From positions 96,001 through 160,000 of the IMG/VR virus record IMGVR_UViG_3300013126_000010: a DNA stretch of 64,000 nucleotides; one strand, given 5' to 3'. Positions within the stretch are counted from its first letter, which is position 1; every line of letters starts with the position of its first letter. The notes below the pieces were generated by a model. The model did no database searches and was not told where the DNA came from. It was given only the letters and a program-made list of their open reading frames with translations. Positions 11,001 through 21,157 of the stretch are shown here, piece after piece. This DNA comes from a virus. The translations under genes were made by a program, and so were the position numbers.

Positions 11001-11852
11001 TTAAATCTCAATAGTCAAAAATTCATCCCATCCAGTATATTCTGTATATCTTTCAGAAATATAACCACGAGGATTACAGATTATATTAGTTTGTCCTATC
11101 ATATAATTTTTATAATTATGCATGTGCCCATGCGTCCACACCTTTATTTGTGGATTATCCAATATCATCTCTTCTAAATTAGTGGCATATGCACCATTCA
11201 TTTCTTTTTCATGCGCGAAACGTTCATCTACACTTTGAAAACTAGGAGCATGATGAGTACAAATAATAACATTATCATTTGTAGAATATGCTAATTCTTT
11301 CTTTAAGTAATCTAATGATTTTTGATGACGCTTGATTGTGTCAATCGGTAATACTTTTCTATACCCAGCATGATCATTTTTAATAACTTTATAATCTGAC
11401 ATACAATCTTTGACGATGTATTCTGTCAATTGATTGTAATTATTTAAATCAGTCCATAATGTACAACCAATGAATTTAATATCATCGATGGTTATCGTTT
11501 CATTTTCTAAGTAATGAATATTTCCATAGTTTGCACATTCATTTCTTAAATCATCAATTGATTCATGAAATTTAGAATGATAGAATTCATGATTTCCGGC
11601 AACATAAACCACATGTTTAAATAATTTACTGGCTGTTTCCAAGAATCTTCTAAAACGTATTGCTAGTTGTTGTGTGGGACCATATTCATTCTCGTCGTCC
11701 CAAACAGGCAATGAACCATATGGATAATCATGAAATGCATGCGCCAACATGATATCACCAGATAATATTAATATATCTGCATCAGATGGATTAGTAATAG
11801 TATAATCATACCATTCAGTATGTAAATCCGATAAAATTCTAATTCGATTCAT
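11001..11852 (-). CDS. Calcineurin-like metallophosphoesterase
   Basis: SDLH, GD, GNHE, THH, HGHMH, NPRGY. Confidence 0.9.
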   Translation of the reverse strand: MNRIRILSDLHTEWYDYTITNPSDADILILSGDIMLAHAFHDYPYGSLPVWDDENEYGPTQQLAIRFRRFLETASKLFKHVVYVAGNHEFYHSKFHESIDDLRNECANYGNIHYLENETITIDDIKFIGCTLWTDLNNYNQLTEYIVKDCMSDYKVIKNDHAGYRKVLPIDTIKRHQKSLDYLKKELAYSTNDNVIICTHHAPSFQSVDERFAHEKEMNGAYATNLEEMILDNPQIKVWTHGHMHNYKNYMIGQTNIICNPRGYISERYTEYTGWDEFLTIEI

Positions 11853-12510
11853 CGTTAATCTTATATCCTTTAATTGCAGTCAGCCTAGTGGCATTTTTAT
11901 CTGCATAATAACAATAGTCTGTATTTTTTATAATAGCAGTAGTTATGCTATACATTCCCAATGATAACTCATATGGACTGTACCAAGAAACCAATTTGTA
12001 ATCAATTATACCAGTAACATTATACCCATTATAATGTTTTGTTTTGATTGTATGGATAATTTCACATAGTACATTTGATATCATTTCACCTGGATTACCC
12101 AGAATACTATCTTCTACGAATTTTGCCTTACGCTTTATAATTTTAGATGACTTATATTTTACATAAAAATCCGGTAATTTTGCTAATTTTCGGAGATTGG
12201 TTAATGATACTCGCTCAGTATCCAATAATCTAAAAATTGACAGCAAATAACTTTGGGAATAACTTAATTCATCCTTATTGAATTCAAGTGATTCTAGATT
12301 TCTATATTTACGAATGAAATCAATCATTTCATCAGCCAACGTAATATCTTGATCAGTTACTGTGCAGATTGGTGCATCAGCGTGAACTCTATACAATGTA
12401 TTTTCAGCTAACCTGAATACAACATCTGGATCATCTTTATGTGAACTATATCCACCTGATTCACGAAATGCAGCACAGCACACTCGAAGTTCATTTGTCA
12501 ACTTATTCAT
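11839..12510 (-). CDS. Hypothetical phage protein (start MNKLTNE)
   Basis: ORF track 11839..12567; the upstream extension overlaps the HEG leader hairpin, so the start was trimmed. Confidence 0.6.
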   Translation of the reverse strand: MNKLTNELRVCCAAFRESGGYSSHKDDPDVVFRLAENTLYRVHADAPICTVTDQDITLADEMIDFIRKYRNLESLEFNKDELSYSQSYLLSIFRLLDTERVSLTNLRKLAKLPDFYVKYKSSKIIKRKAKFVEDSILGNPGEMISNVLCEIIHTIKTKHYNGYNVTGIIDYKLVSWYSPYELSLGMYSITTAIIKNTDYCYYADKNATRLTAIKGYKINDESN

Positions 12511-12608
12511 AATATCGGTATTTGTGTAATGATAAATATAGGTAGATCGCGGAATAGCCGTTCCCATCTACTCTTAACATACTTTTATTATATCATAAGG
12601 ATACAACT

Positions 12609-13502
12609 ATGTCAAGCATTAATATTTATACATCATCACAATTTGATAACTTTAAGCCAACATGGCTTTACATAAAACAACATAACAAAACTGGTTTGAA
12701 ATATTTTGGTAAAACAATATTAGATCCTATTAATTACAACGGTTCTGGTAAACACTGGAAGCGTCATTTAAAAAAGCATGGAGCTGATATAGTAACATCA
12801 TGGTGTAAATTATTTACTGATATCGATGAATTAGTTAACTATGCCATAAATTTTTCAATAGAAAATCGTATCGTGGAATCACCTGATTGGGCAAATTTAA
12901 TAATAGAAAATGGTTTGGATGGTGGTGGGTCTCCATCTATTGAAACTAGAAAAAAGATTTCAAATTCTCTTATTGGGTATGGCAAGGGTATGGCAAAAGG
13001 GCCATTTACAGTGTCACATTTAAATAATATGTCATTATGTAGAAAAGGGATATCAACCGGTCCATGCTCACCAGAAACTAAGAAAAAAATTGCAGCAGCA
13101 AATAAAATGCCAACCGCAGAATTTATAACAAAATCAATGGGCATCCATGGTAATAAGTATAATTATGATAAAGTTGCACACATCAATCACCATACCCCTG
13201 TTATTCTTATATGTCCAAAACACGGAGAATGGTACCAAACCCCAATGGATCATTTGGCTGGATGTGGCTGCCCAGCGTGTGGTAATATTAAAAAAGGTAT
13301 TTCAAAATCAAAAACTGCATTTTTAAAGTTTTCTACACAAGCTAGTCACAAATTTAATAATAAATTTATATACGACATTAAAAATTATAATGGAGCCAGA
13401 CATCCAATGATTATTATTTGTCCAATTCATGGTGCGTTTGAACAAATCCCATATGTACATCTGAGATCAAGATGTGGATGTAATTACTGTTTAACATTAT
13501 AA
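12609..13502 (+). CDS. Free-standing GIY-YIG-like homing endonuclease with NUMOD3 and Cys/His-rich repeats
   Basis: LYIKQHNKTGLKYFGKT, YNGSG, WANLIIENG, SPETKKKIA, ICPKHGEW...CPAC. Confidence 0.8.
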   Translation: MSSINIYTSSQFDNFKPTWLYIKQHNKTGLKYFGKTILDPINYNGSGKHWKRHLKKHGADIVTSWCKLFTDIDELVNYAINFSIENRIVESPDWANLIIENGLDGGGSPSIETRKKISNSLIGYGKGMAKGPFTVSHLNNMSLCRKGISTGPCSPETKKKIAAANKMPTAEFITKSMGIHGNKYNYDKVAHINHHTPVILICPKHGEWYQTPMDHLAGCGCPACGNIKKGISKSKTAFLKFSTQASHKFNNKFIYDIKNYNGARHPMIIICPIHGAFEQIPYVHLRSRCGCNYCLTL

Positions 13503-13715
13503 ACGGAATGATATCCTCCCACGTGCTAAATCATAAGGTGACATTTCTATTCTCACTGTATCACCCAGTACGATCTTAATCTTATGTTGTTTAAGTCGTC
13601 CACTTAGATAACATAGAACCATGTGGTCATTTGTTTCTAATTTTACTTTGAATGTTGAATTTGGTAATACATCAATCACCGAACCAACTACCTCAATCAC
13701 ATCACTCTTTGCCAT
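13497..13715 (-). CDS. infA: Translation initiation factor IF-1
   Basis: MAKSDVIEVVGSVIDVLPNSTFKVKLE...SGRLKQHKIKIVLGDTVRIEMSPYDLARGRISFR. Confidence 0.95.
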   Translation of the reverse strand: MAKSDVIEVVGSVIDVLPNSTFKVKLETNDHMVLCYLSGRLKQHKIKIVLGDTVRIEMSPYDLARGRISFRL

Positions 13716-13890
13716 TTTGTTTTTTAATATAAAGTTTATCATTATCGACAGTCAAAATCACAGTATCACCTGGATTCAAACCAATTTTACCACACACATC
13801 TTCTGGAATCGTCATTAATGCCGAACCATCTGGAAGATCAGTGAATATTTCATCATATGTATAAGTCGTTATCATCATATGGAACCACAA
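13702..13890 (-). CDS. AbrB/MazE-like small protein
   Basis: MTIPEDVCGKIGLNPGDTVILTVDNDKLYI. Confidence 0.55.
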   Translation of the reverse strand: MWFHMMITTYTYDEIFTDLPDGSALMTIPEDVCGKIGLNPGDTVILTVDNDKLYIKKQNGKE

Positions 13891-14251
13891 TCCATCCTAA
13901 TTTACGCAGATCTTCTCTTACTTCATCTGATACTGCACTTTCTGGAAGATGCATTCGTATTATACCATCATCTTCTATAGGTGTCAACTCTGCTGTACCA
14001 ATTCCTGAACAATAATAGTCCATGTAATCACCTTCACCACGTATATTTGCCATTATACCACCAGCATATCGCCATGAACATGACCACATTTCATCAGAAA
14101 GTATGCACCAATTATCAATTTTTTGAAATTGATTGTTACATAGTGCTGCATATAAGTTTTGAGCATACATTTCAGAGCTTTGTATCTTTTTTTTCATCCA
14201 CTCAACCTCTGATAAATCAACTTCTAAATCATATTTTCTATTAATAGCCAT
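13853..14251 (-). CDS. Hypothetical phage protein
   Basis: ORF; YAQNLYAALCNN, WSCSWR, DYMDYYCSG. Confidence 0.7.
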   Translation of the reverse strand: MAINRKYDLEVDLSEVEWMKKKIQSSEMYAQNLYAALCNNQFQKIDNWCILSDEMWSCSWRYAGGIMANIRGEGDYMDYYCSGIGTAELTPIEDDGIIRMHLPESAVSDEVREDLRKLGWIVVPYDDNDLYI

Positions 14252-14291
14252 TAAAAAATCCTAAATACATTTTTACTTATTTATTTACACC

Positions 14292-14903
14292 ATGTCTAAA
14301 CTATTTTTACCAAATGTTACATTACTAATCGTCGATTGTTTAGAATATGATAGAGCAAAATTAGCATTTGACCATTGTTGCGCCAATATTAAGTTTGGTG
14401 ATGCCAAAATTTTAACAAGTTTGGACATTGATTCACCAGAAATAATCAAAATCGATCCAATAACCACTATAGAACAGTATTCTGACTTCATGATATATGA
14501 ATTATACAAATATTGCAACACTGAGAAGATGTTAATAGCACAATGGGATGGATTCGTTAGAAATATGGCAATGTGGGATGATAACTTCCTATTATATGAC
14601 TATATAGGAGCACCATGGCCATCTAATCTTCTATATAATGGAGTTCCATCAACATTTACGGTTGGAAATGGTGGTTTTTCATTAAGAAGTAGAAAATTAA
14701 TGGAGTTCATGGCGACTGATAACAGATTAACCTATCATTACTTGGAAGATGTCATGATATGCCAATTAAATCGGGCATATTTAGAAATGAATGGTTTTGT
14801 ATTTGCTCCATTTGAGTTAGCATACAATTTTAGTTGGGAATGTGGGGAAGAACATGATTCATTTGGTGTTCACCAGCGTATGAGATTATATCGCCCTAGT
14901 TAG
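14292..14903 (+). CDS. DUF5672-like (glycosyltransferase-related) protein
   Basis: QWDGFV, YDYIGAPW, VGNGGFSLRSRKL, EDVMIC, FGVH. Confidence 0.75.
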   Translation: MSKLFLPNVTLLIVDCLEYDRAKLAFDHCCANIKFGDAKILTSLDIDSPEIIKIDPITTIEQYSDFMIYELYKYCNTEKMLIAQWDGFVRNMAMWDDNFLLYDYIGAPWPSNLLYNGVPSTFTVGNGGFSLRSRKLMEFMATDNRLTYHYLEDVMICQLNRAYLEMNGFVFAPFELAYNFSWECGEEHDSFGVHQRMRLYRPS

Positions 14904-15075
14904 AATTATATTTTAAATGTATTTTTTGCTCGTGCTGATATACATACATACGGGTTCATTCGTAGCACCGCATATTCCTTATGAAATCTGGTGATGGACA
15001 CTTTGACTAACTTATTTTTATAACTTACCAAAACCTCATCACCAACTTCCAATTTAGAACCTAATTTATCAGTAA

Positions 15076-15363
15076 TCATAATTTCAACAAATACATTGTA
15101 ACTAATTTTTGATCAAGAACAACAATATCATAAGGATATCGTAATAATGTTTCAGAACTTCTATATCGTTTATCACCTGTTCTTAACTTTCGAATCTTTA
15201 CCATTTTTGGAGTCATTTTTTCAACAGTCCCCACTTTAATAGTATTACCATCGGCATATCCAACTGGTGATCCTTCAACAATTGGATTACCTAACAAATC
15301 GTTATATTCTATATCATCATTCATAACGTTTAAGAAATATTCGTAGAATCTCAAATTTATCAA
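15076..15363 (-). CDS. Hypothetical SH3-like phage protein
   Basis: DLLGNPIVEGSPVGY...GTVEKMTPKMV. Confidence 0.55.
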   Translation of the reverse strand: MINLRFYEYFLNVMNDDIEYNDLLGNPIVEGSPVGYADGNTIKVGTVEKMTPKMVKIRKLRTGDKRYRSSETLLRYPYDIVVLDQKLVTMYLLKL

Positions 15364-15718
15364 ATCCTTTTAGATTTGATTTTATATGTGGTGCTAATTT
15401 TTTTTGATAATATGAAACTACACCGGACCCTGCAATTGAATACCAACTATCATCCTTTATTTTATCAAAAAACCCACTTTCTAAATATACCCTAAACTTG
15501 TGATTACATATCGCTGCTGTTTCTGTAGCGATTGGGGATTTAAACATCATATATCCAGCTACACTAAATGCAGCATTATATAACATGAATATCCCATTCC
15601 AATATACACACCAATCATCAATTTCATTATTGAAAAATACGATAGGCTTAGGATCTATTAAACTCCATTGATAATATTTTTCAAAATTCATAATCAGATA
15701 CTTCAGTGTTAAAATCAA
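15317..15718 (-). CDS. Hypothetical protein
   Basis: ORF tiling. Confidence 0.5.
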   Translation of the reverse strand: MILTLKYLIMNFEKYYQWSLIDPKPIVFFNNEIDDWCVYWNGIFMLYNAAFSVAGYMMFKSPIATETAAICNHKFRVYLESGFFDKIKDDSWYSIAGSGVVSYYQKKLAPHIKSNLKGFDKFEILRIFLKRYE

Positions 15719-16337
15719 GTAAAAGTTCGTTATTTGTAATATGATTTATTAATTCTTTATCAGGAGTATAACCATATGATATATACTTTATTAATCGTTT
15801 TATAAATCCGGCTCTACTTATCTTATCTGGTTCACATGTAATGGTTTTGTTATTTTCATCTGCGAAAGTAGTTTCACCAACTTTTAATTTATATCCATCA
15901 GTTGCATATTTACAGATACCAAAATCAAAGTCATCTAATAAATCTTCTACCGAATTGTAAAATTTTCGTTTAATAAGTTGGATGTGAACCTCATGTCCAA
16001 CATTAAACGAAAATGTTTCGGCATTATTTGATGAAAATATAATACTACCTTCTCTACATGCTCTTAATTTAGAAGATAGTAATGCAAATTGAGTGTTATC
16101 TTTGAAAAATATATCCCAATCTGAATGACTCATAACTTCACGATTCATCATTTTTCTGACAGAACCACCGGCTAACCATGGACCATCATGTATATCTAAT
16201 TTTAAATACTCAGCTAATTTATTTCCAGTGTTCGTAAGTAACGAACGATTGGTGATAATATCTTTAAATGGTGGTCCTACAAATCGTTCGCGCTTAAAAG
16301 AATCACTTACGAAAGAATCCAAATTAAAAAAACTCAT
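15681..16337 (-). CDS. Nucleotidyltransferase (CCA-adding/poly(A) polymerase head-like)
   Basis: WLAGGSVRKMM...SDWDIFF (GG..DxD), DDFDFGIC, RLIKY. Confidence 0.75.
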   Translation of the reverse strand: MSFFNLDSFVSDSFKRERFVGPPFKDIITNRSLLTNTGNKLAEYLKLDIHDGPWLAGGSVRKMMNREVMSHSDWDIFFKDNTQFALLSSKLRACREGSIIFSSNNAETFSFNVGHEVHIQLIKRKFYNSVEDLLDDFDFGICKYATDGYKLKVGETTFADENNKTITCEPDKISRAGFIKRLIKYISYGYTPDKELINHITNNELLLDFNTEVSDYEF

Positions 16338-17029
16338 GATACTGGTATCTCACCTGTTGTAACTTTACGGATAACTTCGACCTTTTTTTGATCTTCGGAT
16401 ATTGTAGCAGGTTTTACAAAACCATCCAAACCATATTTCTTACCGTTCCAAAAATCAGTTTTTTTATCAAGTATTCGTTCTGGATATTCTTCGACATATG
16501 CAACATCTTTTAAAATAACAGCCACAAAGTCATTCCAAATACCTCTATTCTGCGCACTTGTGTACGATTCTAGGAGCACCGAGTTAAGACCGTTACGTTT
16601 GCCCCAGGTAACTAATGCATCACCGGAATCAGGATAAAATCTCCAGCAATCTACTGGCCATCTATGAACATCACCATTACTGGGTACATTCAAATAGAAC
16701 AATCCATGAGGTTTTAATACTCTCATTATTTCTAAGTATAATACCCAAAATAATTCAGAATGTTCAAATACACTACTACATACGATAACATCGGTGGAAT
16801 TATCGGCAAATGGTAGAACATATGGATCATCTAATTTAACATCAACTCCGTTTCCATCAACAAAGTCAACGCCAATATATTCTAATCCAGGGGGGAATAT
16901 AGGACGTAAACTTCCATTTACGTCCTGGGAACCAATTTCAATGATTTTATAATCATCATTAATATTGATTAAATGATCATGATAGGTGTCTTTAAATTCT
17001 GTGCAATTTTTGTATGCAGTTGGATGCAT
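16334..17029 (-). CDS. Class I SAM-dependent methyltransferase
   Basis: IIEIGSQDVNGS, YIGVD, DVIVCSSVFEH, RVLKPHG, PVDCWRF. Confidence 0.85.
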   Translation of the reverse strand: MHPTAYKNCTEFKDTYHDHLININDDYKIIEIGSQDVNGSLRPIFPPGLEYIGVDFVDGNGVDVKLDDPYVLPFADNSTDVIVCSSVFEHSELFWVLYLEIMRVLKPHGLFYLNVPSNGDVHRWPVDCWRFYPDSGDALVTWGKRNGLNSVLLESYTSAQNRGIWNDFVAVILKDVAYVEEYPERILDKKTDFWNGKKYGLDGFVKPATISEDQKKVEVIRKVTTGEIPVS

Positions 17030-17082
17030 TATATATCTCCATAATAAAAAAGGTGATTACCATAATGATAACCACCTTTGTA

Positions 17083-17661
17083 TTATAGCAATATAATGGT
17101 AATCGCCAAGCAAAACAGTGAAATAAGAACTATAGCCCATGACCGGTCATCTGATAAACCTTCTTTGTAGTATTCTTCAATCACTGGATTATTCAACCAA
17201 TTAAATTTAGTAGTAGAATACTTGATTCTAACATCACGATTGTTTCTAATATACCAGAATAAATATCCCAACCAAATTGTTGTAAACACAAATGATTGAA
17301 TTATGTCATGTATTTGTGTTAATACATCATTACCTAGTACTTTGTATACAATTAGTCCAGTAGTAATCATACCAACCGGTGTAGTTAAAAAGTTGTTGGC
17401 TTCAACGTTTAATTCTTTCATTGCTGCACCGAGTGCTTTAGCAACACTTTGTCCAATATCAGCATACTTACCAATATCTTCTGCTGATGGTGCAATAACT
17501 TGGTTAGGTTTTGAATTTAACGCCGCTGTCTCAGCGATTGTTTTTGCAATCTCTGCTCGTTGTACAGCCGTTAGGTTATCAAACCCTGTTAAATCATTAG
17601 TTGTAATGGCACTTGCATGATACGACAACATAATACCGCATAACATAATAATATATTTCAT
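17083..17661 (-). CDS. Exported/membrane protein
   Basis: Signal peptide and three hydrophobic segments. Confidence 0.6.
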   Translation of the reverse strand: MKYIIMLCGIMLSYHASAITTNDLTGFDNLTAVQRAEIAKTIAETAALNSKPNQVIAPSAEDIGKYADIGQSVAKALGAAMKELNVEANNFLTTPVGMITTGLIVYKVLGNDVLTQIHDIIQSFVFTTIWLGYLFWYIRNNRDVRIKYSTTKFNWLNNPVIEEYYKEGLSDDRSWAIVLISLFCLAITIILL

Positions 17662-17685
17662 TTTATTTTTACCTATATAGTGTGA

Positions 17686-18195
17686 TTAAGAAACTTGACA
17701 TCCAAGATTGCGCAACTCTTTTCTAAATTCAGTTGCAACTTTTGCATCACTGCATTTGATGTGTTGGATATTTATTTTAGAAGCATCCCAATAATCTTTT
17801 GCTTCTTTAAAACCAAATCCCGTGAATGTTGTAATACATTTAATAACTGGCACAGCATTACCTGCACTCTCTGCAGCGGCAGCACGAAATGCTACCGTGT
17901 GGGATGTTCCACCTGACATCATTGCCATAAAAATTTTATGTTTCAATGATTTACCGACTGCTTCTCCCATTGCATCCCAAACTTCCATTCCTTTAGTTGG
18001 ACCATAATATGCAGTCAATGATGTCACGAATTGAATTCCATCGGCAATTACTGATTCCATTTCATGATCTGGTTCAGGATTTTCAACCACATCATGTGAA
18101 ATACAACTTGGGTCATGTTCAATGATGCCATCGATTCTTGGGTGACCGCAGCAAGAACAATAACCAGTAATTTTACCACTCATAATAATCTCCAA
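17686..18195 (-). CDS. Protein with ribosomal L7/L12 C-terminal-like domain
   Basis: GNAVPVIKCITTFTGFGFKEAKDYWD resembles KIxVIKxVRxxTGLGLKEAKDLVE. Confidence 0.65.
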   Translation of the reverse strand: MEIIMSGKITGYCSCCGHPRIDGIIEHDPSCISHDVVENPEPDHEMESVIADGIQFVTSLTAYYGPTKGMEVWDAMGEAVGKSLKHKIFMAMMSGGTSHTVAFRAAAAESAGNAVPVIKCITTFTGFGFKEAKDYWDASKINIQHIKCSDAKVATEFRKELRNLGCQVS

Positions 18196-18265
18196 ATAAA
18201 AAGGCGTATAATTTACTTAACTTATAAGTATATCATACGCCTTTATTATGGTTATGTCAAGTATT

Positions 18266-19327
18266 TTATGCTAAGTCAACATCATATCGACCTGAGTTGA
18301 TAGTATCAAGCATAATCGAAACTGGTGTAAAGTTTTCAGCTGCTAAAATACTACGTAATATACTTGGACTGTATCCACTTACCATTGCAGTTCCTGTTTG
18401 ATCAAATTTTACAGGTACATGGCCTGCATCATTCAGGTTCCAAAATATGATCGACGGCAAAGTAAATCCTGCTTTTTCATATTTTCTTTTTACCATTAGT
18501 AAAGCACAATCATATTTATTACATGCCTGATTAAATTGCATGTCAGAGCATATTAACAAATATTTTGGCATTTCTTCATCGGTCAATTTATTATCCAAAC
18601 CAACTTTCAAAATAGCATCGAATGCTGATGCCAATGATGTACTCATCCCCCATTCCATTCGGTTCAATTGATTCATTTTTTGAATCAAGTTTCCTTTCAG
18701 AACTTCAATACGAGAATTTTCAGAGAATGTCAATACAACATCTTTAAATGGTCCAGTATTTTTATCTGCACAGTATAAACCAAGTGCAATAGAAATATCT
18801 ATACAACGTAGGTTAGGATTGCCACCGACTGAACAAGTCATTGAACCAGAAACGTCTGCCATAACCAAAATATTACCACCAGTCATATAGTTAGGCAATG
18901 CTTCCCATTGTGCCAATGCAACGTCCCTATCACCAGTATTAACTGATTTTACCACATCATGAGGATAAATTGCACTAGCATTAATTTTGGTATCACCTGA
19001 TACCAATCCAGCTTTATATGCGGTATATTGTTCAGGAGCATTTTTATTAAATGCTTTTTGGTATCGTGCTGCAGCTACAGATGGTACATGTGAAAACTCA
19101 ATGGAATCCCATTGTTGGGCGCACATCAAATCCTCCACCGTTTCTGACATATCAGCAACAGTTTTTCTATACATCTTAGGTGATAGTTTGAAGAATTGTC
19201 TCAATTCTATAGCAATGTCTTTTTTAGATGATTTTTCACGAGGAAGCCATTTACAGCATGTTCCTGCAGTGTTTAATTGTTGTTTTAACAGGTTAGTAAG
19301 TTCGATTTTAGAAGTCATATTATTCAC
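18266..19327 (-). CDS. DUF2828-vWA (Ro60/TROVE-like) protein, C-terminal part
   Basis: CKWLPRE, VETLMC-like region, IEFSHVPSVA, MADVSGSM (MIDAS DxSxS), SDMQFN, IIFWNL, VSGYSP. Confidence 0.8.
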   Translation of the reverse strand: MNNMTSKIELTNLLKQQLNTAGTCCKWLPREKSSKKDIAIELRQFFKLSPKMYRKTVADMSETVEDLMCAQQWDSIEFSHVPSVAAARYQKAFNKNAPEQYTAYKAGLVSGDTKINASAIYPHDVVKSVNTGDRDVALAQWEALPNYMTGGNILVMADVSGSMTCSVGGNPNLRCIDISIALGLYCADKNTGPFKDVVLTFSENSRIEVLKGNLIQKMNQLNRMEWGMSTSLASAFDAILKVGLDNKLTDEEMPKYLLICSDMQFNQACNKYDCALLMVKRKYEKAGFTLPSIIFWNLNDAGHVPVKFDQTGTAMVSGYSPSILRSILAAENFTPVSIMLDTINSGRYDVDLA

Positions 19328-19466
19328 TCTGGAAAGTTATTAAAGAAAGTATACTTTATTATATCAGGTATATAGAAAAAATCAAGAAATATTTTGATAA
19401 ATAATAGATGTAGATCGCGATATGGGGATATCCATCTACTTTAACAGTCATTAGGAGACTATCAAC

Positions 19467-20399
19467 ATGAATATTTATTCAAACTTTAAACCAACATATT
19501 TATATATCAAAACACACAACGTTACTGGCCTTCAGTATTTTGGTAAAACAATAAATGATCCATTTAAATATAAAGGTTCTGGTAAACGCTGGTTAAATCA
19601 TTTAAAAATTCATGGAAATAATGTCACTACTTCAGTAATTGGTTATTACACTGATGTTAATTCCTGTATCGATGTTGCTATTAAATTTAGTGCAGAACAT
19701 AATATAGTAGAATCAACTGCATGGGCAAATATTATACCAGAAAATGGAATTAATGGTGGTGGAACTGCATCACAACTGCACACTGTTCCTGTAAGAGAAC
19801 AGGCTGCATTAACATGTTTAGCAAGATATGGTAAAGAACACCCCTCATTAGTTCCATCGATAAAATTAAAAGCCAAGGTCACTCATATACAAAGATATGG
19901 TGACCTTGGGTGTAATTTAAATTCATCCAACTCCATCGCAAAACGGAATAAAACGAATTTAATTAAATACGGTAATGCATGTGCCGCCAACAAAGATGGT
20001 AATAAATCATCAATAATTGCACAGAGAACATTAAGATCTAGACCAGTCATTTTGGAACTAAAATTTCATGCATATAAAAGAAAAATATCACTACCATCTA
20101 ATTGGGTGTATAAGGACGACGACTGGCTGAATAACACATTATCTACCATATTAAAACTACCTGTATATGCTCCTGATATTAGTATGTACAATAATAGTCA
20201 ATTATCTAGATATAACAAGTTAAATAGACCACAAGTAATCAGATTATTAGAAATATCAAATTTATTGGATATAAAATTAGGTAAAAACTGGTTTCAACAA
20301 TCTGATTATTATATTTCTAACCTTCTTGACGAAGTTTTAATAACAATTTCTGACAGTCATCTTCCGACATCTCTTCAATTTTTGAAAGATATAATTTAG
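19467..20399 (+). CDS. GIY-YIG-like homing endonuclease inserted antisense within the DUF2828 gene
   Basis: FKPTYLYIKTHNVTGLQYFGKT, YKGSG, WANIIPENG; paralogue of 12609..13502. Confidence 0.8.
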   Translation: MNIYSNFKPTYLYIKTHNVTGLQYFGKTINDPFKYKGSGKRWLNHLKIHGNNVTTSVIGYYTDVNSCIDVAIKFSAEHNIVESTAWANIIPENGINGGGTASQLHTVPVREQAALTCLARYGKEHPSLVPSIKLKAKVTHIQRYGDLGCNLNSSNSIAKRNKTNLIKYGNACAANKDGNKSSIIAQRTLRSRPVILELKFHAYKRKISLPSNWVYKDDDWLNNTLSTILKLPVYAPDISMYNNSQLSRYNKLNRPQVIRLLEISNLLDIKLGKNWFQQSDYYISNLLDEVLITISDSHLPTSLQFLKDII

Positions 20400-20808
20400 C
20401 TTGTATTCCAGCATCCAATGCTTCTTTGATCAATCCATAAGCTTGATCTTTAAAATGTTTGGTAGTGAAAATTAACAAATCATCAAATCTACCATATTCT
20501 GGAACATATGGAATTACTTTTTCCAGCATTTCTGGATGGTTTGTTTCCATATATTGCAGAATATCACGGAAGATTTTACGTTCACCTGCACCACCACGAA
20601 CATCACGTGCCCATAATGCCACCTTGATGGCTAATTCTTTATCTTCTTGAAATGCTCGTTCGAATTGTGGGGTAATATCTTTTCCACGTGATGCGCCTAT
20701 TGCGAAAAACAAATTTACCAAGTTGTCACAAGAAGTTGTGTAAGCTACCATACCATTTGCGGTAGTGGTTTCGAATTGGGTGTTTTGTACTGCTGTTGAA
20801 AAGCTCAT
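20317..20808 (-). CDS. DUF2828 (TROVE-like) protein, N-terminal part
   Basis: TANGMVAY, LFFAIGASRG, WARDVRGGAGER, VPEYGRFDDL. Confidence 0.8.
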   Translation of the reverse strand: MSFSTAVQNTQFETTTANGMVAYTTSCDNLVNLFFAIGASRGKDITPQFERAFQEDKELAIKVALWARDVRGGAGERKIFRDILQYMETNHPEMLEKVIPYVPEYGRFDDLLIFTTKHFKDQAYGLIKEALDAGIQAKLYLSKIEEMSEDDCQKLLLKLRQEG

Positions 20809-20819
20809 GTTTCACCTAT

Positions 20820-20859
20820 CAGGTTAATGTTAATTTTAAGTTGTTGCTGTATATAACCT
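20820..20859 (-). ncRNA. Y RNA-like scaffold copy 1 (minimal, in DUF2828 leader)
   Basis: AGGTTATATACAGCAA...ATTAACCTG; TTGACA-17-TATAAT directly upstream. Confidence 0.65.
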
Positions 20860-20875
20860 TATTATACCATATAAG

Positions 20876-21157
20876 TTATGGTATGTCAAAATATTTTTTT
20901 AATTTATTAAGTTTAATATTCCATCTATTAGTATGTTCATGAAATGAACCGAATATACTATCTTGATTTTCATTAACCCAGTCTTTCACTATATCAACTT
21001 CATGTGAATATAACCATGATGATGGGATTGTGAATTTATTTGTTAGATTCTCAAGAATATCATAATATTTGTCCAAATAATATACTTTATCATTTTTTAA
21101 GATATCATTAGTGTCATGTTTATTATGAATAGGATCTAATATTTCACAAACCTTCAT
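20876..21157 (-). CDS. Hypothetical protein
   Basis: ORF, MKVCEILD N-terminus. Confidence 0.5.
   Translation of the reverse strand: MKVCEILDPIHNKHDTNDILKNDKVYYLDKYYDILENLTNKFTIPSSWLYSHEVDIVKDWVNENQDSIFGSFHEHTNRWNIKLNKLKKYFDIP

Noticed and set aside
13497-13502. Back-to-back stop codons of infA and the convergent endonuclease
   Set aside because: Ordinary compact packing after HEG insertion
19328-20399. Group I intron in the DUF2828 gene
   Set aside because: No P7/P3 core recognisable, endonuclease is antisense, and the downstream half has its own promoter and start; not fully excluded without RT-PCR
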